Origin: a virus
Taxonomy: Duplodnaviria; Caudoviricetes
Direction: 5' to 3' (one strand)
Virus record (IMG/VR): IMGVR_UViG_3300036773_000261
Location: 1 to 40,584 of that record
DNA length: 40,584 nt
Under the pieces are notes generated by a model. The model was not told where the DNA came from, did no database searches, and saw nothing but the letters and a program-made list of their open reading frames with translations. How positions within the stretch are numbered: the stretch's first letter is position 1; the number at the start of each line of letters is the position of its first letter. The position numbers and the translations under genes are program-made. Below are positions 25,876 through 33,995 of this stretch, piece by piece.

Positions 25876-26085
25876 CTAGGCGGAAGCGCGGTCTATCGGT
25901 CTTTTGCCGATTTTCTGGATATGTAAGGCGTGCAATTTGACTGCCGCATCTCCCCTAGGGGAATCACTGCGTCCCGTCGCGATATCGCCGATCGACGATG
26001 TTGAAAGCCCTACATGCTCACCTATCTCAGAGAGGGTAAGTCCGACCGCCTGCAGGTCTCGAATGCGCGATGCCCATGTATCCAT
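25876..26085 (-). CDS. Cro-like HTH repressor
   Basis: GLTLSEIGEHVGLSTSSIGDIATGR..SPR; divergent from cI. Confidence 0.9.
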   Translation of the reverse strand: MDTWASRIRDLQAVGLTLSEIGEHVGLSTSSIGDIATGRSDSPRGDAAVKLHALHIQKIGKRPIDRASA

Positions 26086-26092
26086 GCCGCTT

Positions 26093-26148
26093 AGATTACG
26101 ACATTCCGTAATTCAAAAGCAACGGCATTCCGTTACGGCTTTCCGTTT
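26093..26148. promoter_or_regulatory. OR-like operators and pR-like promoter
   Basis: TTACGACATTCCGTAA (26096), CAACGGCATTCCGTTA (26120), TTACGGCTTTCCGTTT (26133); minus-strand TTGCTT-18-TAATCT. Confidence 0.8.
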
Positions 26149-26158
26149 AAATGCGGCG

Positions 26159-26569
26159 ATGGATGAAAAATTCATAGGGAAAACAATCGGCGAGCGTGTT
26201 CGCCATTGGCGAGAAAAGAGAGGGATGTCCGTACATGAACTCGCCACAAAGGTCGGCTCCAAGCCGAGCACCATCTACGGTCTGGAAATTGGCGATCAGA
26301 AAAAATCGAGCGCACTCCACAGAATCGCGAAAATCCTGGGCCTCAATATCGAATATCTCGAAATGGGTAAAGGAGCGGCGGAGTTAGGTTCCGCGCCCAT
26401 TGAGGAAATACCTGAAGATCCCTGGCCGTTTTCCACTATTCCATTTAGCAGCTTTGATCAATTGCCCGATAGGGACAAAGAGACAATCGAAGAGATCGTA
26501 CGGGCCTACATTTCGCGCTGCGAGGTACCCCGCGCTAAGCGAACTACAAAAAGACGACGCGCCGGGTAA
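26159..26569 (+). CDS. CI-like XRE repressor without S24 peptidase domain
   Basis: TIGERVR..R...GMS..ELA.KVG...STI..LE.G HTH; short WPF-containing C-terminal domain. Confidence 0.88.
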   Translation: MDEKFIGKTIGERVRHWREKRGMSVHELATKVGSKPSTIYGLEIGDQKKSSALHRIAKILGLNIEYLEMGKGAAELGSAPIEEIPEDPWPFSTIPFSSFDQLPDRDKETIEEIVRAYISRCEVPRAKRTTKRRRAG

Positions 26570-26612
26570 CGTCGTTTTTCTAAGCGACTACAGGGATAAA
26601 TAAGCTAGCCCA

Positions 26613-26996
26613 TCAGTTGCGAAAACCTGTCACGGCGCCATTCTCGACGAAGAGATAGCTGGGCGTTAGTAGGTAGACCCATCTCACCGAAGCCCCACCC
26701 GGGACTTTAAACACCGCGTAGTCGGTCCCCCAACTGCATCGGGCGGCCTTGTCCGCCATTCCCACCCGCATGGAGTGCGCCCCGATCGCCTCGAGGTCCG
26801 CGTTGTTGAATTCACTGCGGCCGCGCAGCTCGTCGAGGATCCGCGCTTGGTGGGAGTGACCGTATGCGTTGCATAGATCTTGAGTCGAAAACGCCCTGAG
26901 CTTCTCCGGGCTGCTGGCGTGCTCGATCGCCGGAATCGATGTGCATCCCGCCAGAATTCCCACCAAGCACAAGCCCACCAATATTCTAACGCTCAT
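26613..26996 (-). CDS. Lipoprotein (SmpA/BamE-like C-terminal half)
   Basis: MSVRILVGLCLVGILAGC lipobox; RVGM......SWG, WVY, YLFVENG.VT. Confidence 0.8.
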   Translation of the reverse strand: MSVRILVGLCLVGILAGCTSIPAIEHASSPEKLRAFSTQDLCNAYGHSHQARILDELRGRSEFNNADLEAIGAHSMRVGMADKAARCSWGTDYAVFKVPGGASVRWVYLLTPSYLFVENGAVTGFRN

Positions 26997-27009
26997 TCCA
27001 TAAGCTCCT

Positions 27010-27210
27010 TCAACGATGCAGCGATCCCAGACTTGCGAAAACCCCAATGATGCCCGCGTAGGCCAGTGCGATCACGAAGGCGGCTGGGATCGCGGCGATT
27101 GCCATCTTGATCATGAACATCATCACTGAGGCGAAAGGCATGTCGAAATCGGTAATGATCACCTTCGTCGGTTTTGCCGCCTGCGGTTCACTCGGCTGTG
27201 GTTCGTCCAT
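27010..27210 (-). CDS. Small membrane protein
   Basis: GGAG RBS; V.ITDFDMPF.S.M.FMIK.AIAAIPA hydrophobic segment. Confidence 0.75.
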   Translation of the reverse strand: MDEPQPSEPQAAKPTKVIITDFDMPFASVMMFMIKMAIAAIPAAFVIALAYAGIIGVFASLGSLHR

Positions 27211-27285
27211 TAAATTTAACTCCTTTGCAATATGCCGTTCCCTTCTATCTCAATCGGCCACTCCGTCACACGTTTCTCCTGTCAA

Positions 27286-27405
27286 TTACGGCATCCCGTC
27301 ACGATAGTTTAGTTATGTAAAAGCCGCTCATTCGTGCGTATTTGCGCGCCTGCGTCACAGCATTACGGAATCCCGTTGACTTCTTGTTACGGCATCCCGT
27401 AGCAT
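27286..27405 (+). promoter_or_regulatory. OL-like operators and pL-like promoter
   Basis: TTACGGCATCCCGTCA (27286), TTACGGAATCCCGTTG (27363), TTACGGCATCCCGTAG (27387); TTGACT-18-TAGCAT. Confidence 0.8.
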
Positions 27406-27431
27406 TACCTACATTGAACACGGAGGCCCAC

Positions 27432-27644
27432 ATGCGATTTCCCATCCTGATTGCCGCGTTGCTCGCCCTTGGAGGCTGTGCGACCTGTCAGAACCATCCG
27501 ATCGCTTGTACGGTCGCGACCGCGGTCGTCGTCGGCTCCATCGCCGCGTCGCTTCAGCAGCACGACGATCAGCATCGGTTGGCGCCCAGCATGAGCACGA
27601 CGCAGCCGACGCCCTGCCAAGCCAATCCGGCGGCGTGCACATGA
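27432..27644 (+). CDS. Small lipoprotein, first gene of early operon
   Basis: GGAGG RBS; MRFPILIAALLALGGC lipobox. Confidence 0.75.
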   Translation: MRFPILIAALLALGGCATCQNHPIACTVATAVVVGSIAASLQQHDDQHRLAPSMSTTQPTPCQANPAACT

Positions 27645-28021
27645 GCGCGCGCGGCCTCGAGATTCACCAACACTCTTACGTCAGCGGCCGCGGCGCGTCT
27701 CAGGGCCGGCAGCTGGTGCACTCACACGAAGGTGGGGACGTTACGCATCAGCATCCCGACACGGGGCCCGGCTCGTACATGATCGACAAAGACGAATGGC
27801 GGGCTGCCACGGGGATGCGTGGTGGCGGCCGCAAGAAATTCTCCAAGAAGCCGACTGGCGACCAGTTGCCGATCCGAGAGCTCGAGGACTGGCAGAAAAC
27901 GTTCGACGTGATTATTTGTAAGCCCTCGGCACCTGAAGGGTTCAAGGGATCGGGCGCCGGTATCGCGCCGGCTATACGCATGATCCAAGCGTGTCGCATT
28001 CAACCGCGGGTTCGCTCATGA
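27641..28021 (+). CDS. Hypothetical protein, His-rich N-terminus
   Basis: ATGA coupling; HQHSY, VHSHEGG..THQHPD. Confidence 0.7.
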   Translation: MSARGLEIHQHSYVSGRGASQGRQLVHSHEGGDVTHQHPDTGPGSYMIDKDEWRAATGMRGGGRKKFSKKPTGDQLPIRELEDWQKTFDVIICKPSAPEGFKGSGAGIAPAIRMIQACRIQPRVRS

Positions 28022-28362
28022 GCACCTCCTCCACCGACCTCGAACTCAAGGGCAAGGCGCCATTTCGGCGCAACTTGTCTCTGCGGCTCAATGAACACGG
28101 CCACTTCCATGCGTCGATGTATCAGATTTCTGCGCATGGGTCGTATCAGATGCTTGCCTGGCTGAGCGGCACAATTGCTGATAGTCATCTCACCACGCGC
28201 GAGTCCGGGCACAGCCTGTGGATAGATCGTGCGGCGTTCGATGTCAGTGACGCCGAGGCGCAGCGGATCCGTGAGACGTTCGAACCGCTCGGCCTTCGCA
28301 TCAAGGTGGACCCGGCGCCGGCGCCCGTCCAGGCCGAAGCAACGGTGGCGGCGCACCCATGA
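28018..28362 (+). CDS. Hypothetical protein
   Basis: ATGA coupling at both ends. Confidence 0.7.
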   Translation: MSTSSTDLELKGKAPFRRNLSLRLNEHGHFHASMYQISAHGSYQMLAWLSGTIADSHLTTRESGHSLWIDRAAFDVSDAEAQRIRETFEPLGLRIKVDPAPAPVQAEATVAAHP

Positions 28363-28553
28363 GCCATCTGCAGCTGACCATCGAAGCGACGGTCGTCGTC
28401 ACGATTGGACTCCTCGTCGTGCTCTTTTTCATCTGGGTGGCCGTGAGTCTCAGCCGCGAATTTCGGCTGCGCGGCAAGCGCATTACGCACGAGGAACTGA
28501 CTCGCGAGCGCGTGACCGTTCTCATCCCCCTGTCACCGCGAGATTTGAAATGA
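28359..28553 (+). CDS. Small membrane protein
   Basis: Single strong TM segment; coupled. Confidence 0.7.
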   Translation: MSHLQLTIEATVVVTIGLLVVLFFIWVAVSLSREFRLRGKRITHEELTRERVTVLIPLSPRDLK

Positions 28554-28732
28554 CGCCAGAGCAAATTGTCGCCCGCCAAGCACTGCGCGCTGCGACGTTC
28601 GCCGTGTTGTGGGCACGTACCGAGTTCGACCGTGCTGTGGCGTGCCATTCCCGGGCCCAGGCCGCTCGAGCACTGCGCTCAGCGTTGAACGTCGAGAAAC
28701 GGCCGCCGGCGTTCCTTCGCAAGCAAATCTAG
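28550..28732 (+). CDS. 60-aa protein ending in FtsZ-like peptide PAFLRKQ
   Basis: ATGA-coupled start MTPEQIVARQ; C-terminus ...EKRPPAFLRKQI. Confidence 0.7.
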   Translation: MTPEQIVARQALRAATFAVLWARTEFDRAVACHSRAQAARALRSALNVEKRPPAFLRKQI

Positions 28733-28742
28733 AGGACATCCG

Positions 28743-29696
28743 ATGAACGTTCCCGCCAAGAAACCGAACCCGCAGGCGACTCAAAAAGAGCAAGTCCGCG
28801 AGATCGAACTCACGCTGAAGACGATGCGATCGCGGCTGGTCGAGGCGCTGCCACCGACGATCCCGGTCCAGCAATTCGTCTCGACAATCCTCACCGCCTG
28901 TGCGGACGAGCCGAAGCTGCTCAGCTGCGACCGCCATTCGCTGTTCCTCTCCTGCCTCAAGTCGGCGCGCGACGGCCTGATGCCCGACGGCCGCGAGGCG
29001 GCGATTGTTCCGTTCAAAGATCACAAGGCGAACATCGAGATCGCGACCTATATGCCGATGGTCGCCGGCCTGCTGAAGAAGATCCGCAACAGCGGCCAGC
29101 TCGCCGGCTTCTCCGCGAATGCCATCTATGCCAACGATTTCTTCGAGTACGAACTCGGCGACAATGAGCGCATCGTCCATAAGCCGGTTTGGCGTGAGGA
29201 ACGCGGGCACCTGGTCGGCGCCTACGCGATCGGGAAGACCAAGGACGGCGTGACCTATCGGCGCGTCCTCGGCATGGAGGACATCGACGCGATCAAATCC
29301 GCGTCCAAATCCGTCGAGAAGGGGCCCTGGTCCGGGCGGTTCGAATCCGAAATGTGGATCAAGAGCGCGATCCGGCGCTTATCAAAGCTGCTGCCGCAGT
29401 CGACCGACATCAACGCCTATCTGAGCGCGGGACCTCCGCTGCCGACGGCCGACGTCGATTCGGTGCTGCCGGCCGCCACCGGTGCGGAAGGCTTTCACAG
29501 TCTCGAATACGAGATTCGCACCCGGGCCCTACTCGCTCTTCGGGACGAGTCCGATTCGCTCGCGCTGCTGAACAAGAACTGGATTGGGATCCGGGCCGAA
29601 TACGACAAGATCGGCGCCGAGCTCCCGCTCGAGCTCGAGGACGTGTTCAACATGCGCTCCGAGCAAATGAAAGAAGCCGCGGCGGCCGGCTCGTGA
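28743..29696 (+). CDS. recT: RecT-family single-strand annealing recombinase
   Basis: P.LL.CD..SL, GL.PDG.EA.IVPF, MPMV.GL.K..RNSG, GPW....EM..KS.IRRL.K.LP.S. Confidence 0.92.
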   Translation: MNVPAKKPNPQATQKEQVREIELTLKTMRSRLVEALPPTIPVQQFVSTILTACADEPKLLSCDRHSLFLSCLKSARDGLMPDGREAAIVPFKDHKANIEIATYMPMVAGLLKKIRNSGQLAGFSANAIYANDFFEYELGDNERIVHKPVWREERGHLVGAYAIGKTKDGVTYRRVLGMEDIDAIKSASKSVEKGPWSGRFESEMWIKSAIRRLSKLLPQSTDINAYLSAGPPLPTADVDSVLPAATGAEGFHSLEYEIRTRALLALRDESDSLALLNKNWIGIRAEYDKIGAELPLELEDVFNMRSEQMKEAAAAGS

Positions 29697-30316
29697 CGCC
29701 CAATCTGCCGACCACCGTTCGCGAGCGCATGAAGACGACGGCTATGCCGGTTGTCTATGAGGAAGCGTGTCGCGCGTTGGTCGCCTGCGTGACAATCGAC
29801 GAAGCCGCATATTGGGACAACAAAGCCGACGCGCTAGCGGCTTGGGCCAAGATCTATAAGTCCGACGAAGCAGCTGTTGCAGCCAAACGTCTAAAGCTTC
29901 ACGCATATCGCCGAATCGGCGCCCTGGCACGGGAAATTAATAGCTCAGTCCCGTCGCCTAATGATCGGCGAAGTGGGACGCCAAAAATTCTTAGGGAAAA
30001 TGGATTCTCGAAGGGGCAGATCGATCAAATACGCGTAGTCGGATCTCTCTCCGATTCAGCCTTCCAGGAGATCATAAATCGCACGTCGGTTCCGGCCCCC
30101 ACGCAAATTCCGCGTCTCAGTATGACCGAGGCGTGGCGTACCTGGCAGCACAGCTCAGGGATAGGTCAGGTACGGGCGTTTGTGCGCAGGACATCCGCAA
30201 AAGAGCTAGCCAGAAAAATGACAACCTCTGAAGCGAATGCAGCCCGTCTAACAATTGTAGAAATCCAGGAATGGCTCGACGAGTTCGACCAACACCTCCC
30301 GAAGGACACCAAGTGA
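29693..30316 (+). CDS. Hypothetical protein
   Basis: GTGA-coupled to recT; DEA..W.NKA.ALAAWAK..A.RRIG.L helical domain; visibly AT-richer codons. Confidence 0.7.
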   Translation: MTPNLPTTVRERMKTTAMPVVYEEACRALVACVTIDEAAYWDNKADALAAWAKIYKSDEAAVAAKRLKLHAYRRIGALAREINSSVPSPNDRRSGTPKILRENGFSKGQIDQIRVVGSLSDSAFQEIINRTSVPAPTQIPRLSMTEAWRTWQHSSGIGQVRAFVRRTSAKELARKMTTSEANAARLTIVEIQEWLDEFDQHLPKDTK

Positions 30317-30522
30317 CGCCAGAGCGCCTCGCTCAAATTCGAAAGGCGACGGCGATCACGCCGCGGGCCTTCGATGACAACGGCCGGCCGATCATTCGGC
30401 CCGGGCTGCTGCGCGATATCGGCGCCGTGGCGATTCAGCATCGGCGCGAACTCCTCGAACATCTCGATGAGGTGATCGCCGAGAACCAACGGCTTAAGAA
30501 CGGAGTGCATGGGACACGATGA
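30313..30522 (+). CDS. Hypothetical protein
   Basis: GTGA coupling; VTPERLAQIR. Confidence 0.6.
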   Translation: MTPERLAQIRKATAITPRAFDDNGRPIIRPGLLRDIGAVAIQHRRELLEHLDEVIAENQRLKNGVHGTR

Positions 30523-31445
30523 ATAGAATCAGCGAGGCCGGCGACGGCGCACCCGTCGGTGCAACGGCGGCGAAGAGTGACGACTTATATGATGGGTTGC
30601 GCAAGCCGCCCGCGTCTGGCCCGGACGTGACTTCGTCACAGGGCGTTATTTTGGACATCGAGTCGATCGAGTGGGTCTCCGTCAAGGATGCGCTCCCGGA
30701 CTCCGAGACGACCGTCCTCGTCTATGCGCCGGGTTCCGACGAACCGGTATGGCTCGGCTTCTATGACGATGTCTTTTGGTTCGCGGTCAACGGCGCTGGC
30801 TACGGCGATCCCGATGAGATCGCGGCCGAGGTGACCGCCTGGGCGCCGGGCGCCGATCCCGAAGGGGCCAGGATGAGCGCCGCGGATCCATTCATGCCGA
30901 AGCTCGTCCGCCGAGGCCTGCGTCCGATCGGTGAACTCGCCGCGACGCGCCCGCACGGTCATCGGCTGCGCTACATGGCAGGCTGCAAGTGCTTCAAATG
31001 CCGGCGCTCCAACTCCGACTATGAGCGGATGCGCCAGGCCGCGCGGCTCGCCGGCGATTGGAATGGCATCGTCGATGCGGTCAACGCTCGCCGGCATTTG
31101 CGCTGGCTCTCGCGCGCCGGCGTCGGTCAATGGTCCGTGGTCGCCGCGACCGATATCTGCCGGTCGATGATTCATGAGATCAAGAACGGTGATCGCCGGC
31201 GGATCCGCGCGCGCACCGAACGGAAGATCCTCGCAGTCAACCTGGATCAGCGCTCCGATCAGGCGAAGGTTCCCGCGGCGCGGGCCTGGCGTCTCATCGA
31301 TGAGCTGCTCGAGGAGGGATTCAACAAGGCTGGATTAGCCAAGTTGCTGGGTTATCGCTCGCCGGCGCTGCAGCTGCGCCGCGATCGCATCACTGCGCGA
31401 AACGAACAGCGCGTCATCGCATTGCATCGGAGATTGACCACATGA
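30519..31445 (+). CDS. In-frame fusion of DUF551-like protein and a Cys/His + HTH-like protein (second gene likely starts at 30873)
   Basis: WVSVKDALP...VLVY...VTAWAP; HG..RY..GCKCFKC; 7-bp duplication at junction. Confidence 0.7.
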   Translation: MNRISEAGDGAPVGATAAKSDDLYDGLRKPPASGPDVTSSQGVILDIESIEWVSVKDALPDSETTVLVYAPGSDEPVWLGFYDDVFWFAVNGAGYGDPDEIAAEVTAWAPGADPEGARMSAADPFMPKLVRRGLRPIGELAATRPHGHRLRYMAGCKCFKCRRSNSDYERMRQAARLAGDWNGIVDAVNARRHLRWLSRAGVGQWSVVAATDICRSMIHEIKNGDRRRIRARTERKILAVNLDQRSDQAKVPAARAWRLIDELLEEGFNKAGLAKLLGYRSPALQLRRDRITARNEQRVIALHRRLTT

Positions 31446-31660
31446 GCGAGCCGCCTATCGGAACGGACAAGGTGCTGGACGACATTAAACAAAAGCGAAA
31501 GCGCCTTGGCCCATGGGAAGGACTATTCGGGTGCGTCGATGAAAAGCGCGAGCATCTTATCAATGCGGCCGCGCTTCTCGTCGCCGAAATCGAGCGGATC
31601 GACCGCGGACCATGTTCAGGAGGAAAAGCCAGTGCTGATACTGACCAGACGAGCGGGTGA
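31442..31660 (+). CDS. Hypothetical protein
   Basis: ATGA coupling; [18 protein letters not shown] pattern common in phage early genes. Confidence 0.65.
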   Translation: MSEPPIGTDKVLDDIKQKRKRLGPWEGLFGCVDEKREHLINAAALLVAEIERIDRGPCSGGKASADTDQTSG

Positions 31661-31829
31661 AACCCTAATGATCGGCGAGAACATCACCGTGACCGTGTGC
31701 GCCATCAATGGCAACCAGGTCAAGCTCGGCATCGCGGCGCCAAAGGACGTGCCGATCTTGCGCGAGGAGCTGGTGCCGCACGAGGGCTGGGCTGAAGGCG
31801 GCCCGTTCATTTTTGGTAAGCGCGGCTGA
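31632..31829 (+). CDS. csrA: CsrA/RsmA-family RNA-binding translational regulator
   Basis: AGGAGG RBS, GTG start; [44 protein letters not shown]. Confidence 0.93.
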   Translation: MLILTRRAGETLMIGENITVTVCAINGNQVKLGIAAPKDVPILREELVPHEGWAEGGPFIFGKRG

Positions 31830-33553
31830 TGACCTTCAAGATCCCCGCCGGCGTCCTCGCGCAGCACGTCATCGCCCTGGGCAAAACCCGGAGCGGCAAG
31901 TCGTCGAAGATGCGGCTGATCGTCGAGAGGCTCCTGCGAGAGGAACAGCCTGTCTGTATTGTTGATCCAAAAGGCGACTGGTGGGGTTTGAAATCCTCGG
32001 CCGATGGCAAGAGCGAGGGATTCCCTGTCGTCATCTTCGGCGGAGAACGTGCGGACGTGCCCATCAACGCGCGCAGTGGCGCGGCGATCGCGGAGCTCGT
32101 CGCTACCGGCAATCGACCGTCATTGATCGACTTGGGCGGCTGGCGTGTCAGCGAGCGCACTCAGTTCTTCATCGACTTTGCCGAATCGTTTTTCAAGATG
32201 ACCAAAGGCCAGCGCTATCTGGTCATCGACGAGGTTCATAACTTCGCCCCGAAGGGCAAGGTATTGAGCCCGCAGGCCGGCGAAATGTTGCATTGGGCCA
32301 ACAGGCTCGCGAGCGAGGGCCAGGGCAAAGGCGTCATTTTGATTGCGGCGTCCCAGCGCCCGCAGAAAGTGCACAACGATTTTCTAACCAGCTGCGAGAC
32401 CCTGATCGCCTGCCGCGTGATTCATAAGTCCGATCGCGATGCCGTCAAGGATTGGATTGACGGCTGCGCGGATCCGGAATTGGGCAAGCAGGTATTGAGC
32501 GAGCTCGCCGGCATGAAGCGGCCGGAGGCCTGGGTATGGTCACCGGAAATCGATTTCGGGCCGAAGCGCATGGAATTTCCCATGTTCGAGACCTTCGACT
32601 CGTTCAAGCCGAGGGAGGCCCATGCCGCCAAACTCAAAGGCTGGGCCGAGGTCAACCTCGATGAGGTGAAGTCGAAACTCGCGGCGGTCGTCCAGGAGGC
32701 CCAGGCCAACGACCCGGCCGCGCTCAAGAAGCGGATCGCCGAGCTCGAGCGGTTCACTATCAACGCCGCGAAGTCGATTCCCGCCGATGCGGCCGCGTTG
32801 GAACGAGCCGAAAAGCGCGGGTACGAACAGGGTCTTATGGCGGGACAGGGCAACGCTGTCTCTGCGATTACCCACACAATGCGGGAGGCGTTGGACGCGC
32901 TGAGCTCGGCGACGTCGGGAATCGAGGGCGCCTTCTCTCAGGCCCTGCAGCTCGAACCGATGGAATATCAGATCAATCGCGCGAACAAGGCGCCGGCACG
33001 GGCCCGATCGCTTCGCGAAGAGGTGGACGCCGCGCGCAAAATTCCCGTTCGTTCGGTATCCAAGCCAGCGAACGGCGACGGCTCCTCCGAAGTCGGCGCC
33101 GGCGGCAAGCGCCGGATCTTGGCCGCGCTCGCGCAGTACCCGGACGGCATGAATCAGCGAAAGCTCTCGATCCTGGTCGATATCGCGCCCAAGGGCGGGA
33201 CCTGGCGCACCTACATGGCGGATCTGCGCCGCGAGGGCTGGGTCGAGGGCGGCAAGGATCACATGCGCATCACTACCGCAGGCCTCGGGGCGCTCGGCGA
33301 TTGGGAGCCATTGCCGACCGGCGAGGAGCTCGTCCAGTACTGGCGCAATCGCTTAGGTGACAGCGGCAAGCGGGCGATCTTCGATGCGGTCGTCGCCCGT
33401 TATCCGGACTCGATCGACGTCGACGAGGTGTCGAGAATCACCGGCATTGCGCGCGCCGGCGGCACCTGGCGGACGTATATGGCGGAGCTCCGCGGTCTTG
33501 GGATTATCGAAGGCCGCGGCGATCTGCAGGCCGCGTCGGACCTGTTCTCGTGA
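31829..33553 (+). CDS. HerA/FtsK-superfamily ATPase with tandem C-terminal winged-helix-like repeats
   Basis: H...LGKTRSGKS, IVDPKGDW, LVIDEVH.FAP, ASQRP; GGTWRTYMA.LR..G twice. Confidence 0.85.
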   Translation: MTFKIPAGVLAQHVIALGKTRSGKSSKMRLIVERLLREEQPVCIVDPKGDWWGLKSSADGKSEGFPVVIFGGERADVPINARSGAAIAELVATGNRPSLIDLGGWRVSERTQFFIDFAESFFKMTKGQRYLVIDEVHNFAPKGKVLSPQAGEMLHWANRLASEGQGKGVILIAASQRPQKVHNDFLTSCETLIACRVIHKSDRDAVKDWIDGCADPELGKQVLSELAGMKRPEAWVWSPEIDFGPKRMEFPMFETFDSFKPREAHAAKLKGWAEVNLDEVKSKLAAVVQEAQANDPAALKKRIAELERFTINAAKSIPADAAALERAEKRGYEQGLMAGQGNAVSAITHTMREALDALSSATSGIEGAFSQALQLEPMEYQINRANKAPARARSLREEVDAARKIPVRSVSKPANGDGSSEVGAGGKRRILAALAQYPDGMNQRKLSILVDIAPKGGTWRTYMADLRREGWVEGGKDHMRITTAGLGALGDWEPLPTGEELVQYWRNRLGDSGKRAIFDAVVARYPDSIDVDEVSRITGIARAGGTWRTYMAELRGLGIIEGRGDLQAASDLFS

Positions 33554-33759
33554 ACCTGATCGAAGGAATTCAGGCGGAGTGCAATCGCATCCGGGACGAA
33601 GCGATACCGATTTATGAATCCTTGCCTGGAGGCGCGGGTCGATGGGCGGTTCTCCTGATGCGCGGCGATATCGCGATGGCCGAGGAAGCCATCGCGAGCG
33701 GTGACGCTGTGCTGATGGTCACGGTACTCGCGCGGATCAAAGAGACCGGCAAGCTATGA
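33550..33759 (+). CDS. Hypothetical protein
   Basis: GTGA coupling. Confidence 0.65.
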   Translation: MNLIEGIQAECNRIRDEAIPIYESLPGGAGRWAVLLMRGDIAMAEEAIASGDAVLMVTVLARIKETGKL

Positions 33760-33971
33760 ACCTCAAACAAATCCAAGTCGACGCCGACGAATACGCAAAG
33801 CTCTGCGCTGATCATCTTCGGGCGCGCGACAAGCTGCTCGAGATCGCGAAGGAATGCGCCAGTTGCGGCGGTACCGGCTGCGTGACGGTGCGCTACGAAT
33901 ATAACGAGATCAGCCGTGATCGCGTTGAGCCCTGCGGCGATTGTCTCGACATCCGCGAGGTCCTGGCATGA
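33756..33971 (+). CDS. Small CxxCxGxG zinc-binding protein
   Basis: CASCGGTG...PCGDC; ATGA coupling. Confidence 0.7.
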   Translation: MNLKQIQVDADEYAKLCADHLRARDKLLEIAKECASCGGTGCVTVRYEYNEISRDRVEPCGDCLDIREVLA

Positions 33972-33995
33972 CCGCTACCCCCCCCCGAGGACGAC

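Noticed and set aside
25904-26158. 221-aa version of cI from the ORF track
   Set aside because: Extension overlaps cro and the operators; HTH begins just after ATG 26159
27280-27285. Perfect TTGACA on minus strand upstream of the membrane/lipoprotein pair
   Set aside because: No acceptable -10 at 16-18 bp, so not called as a promoter
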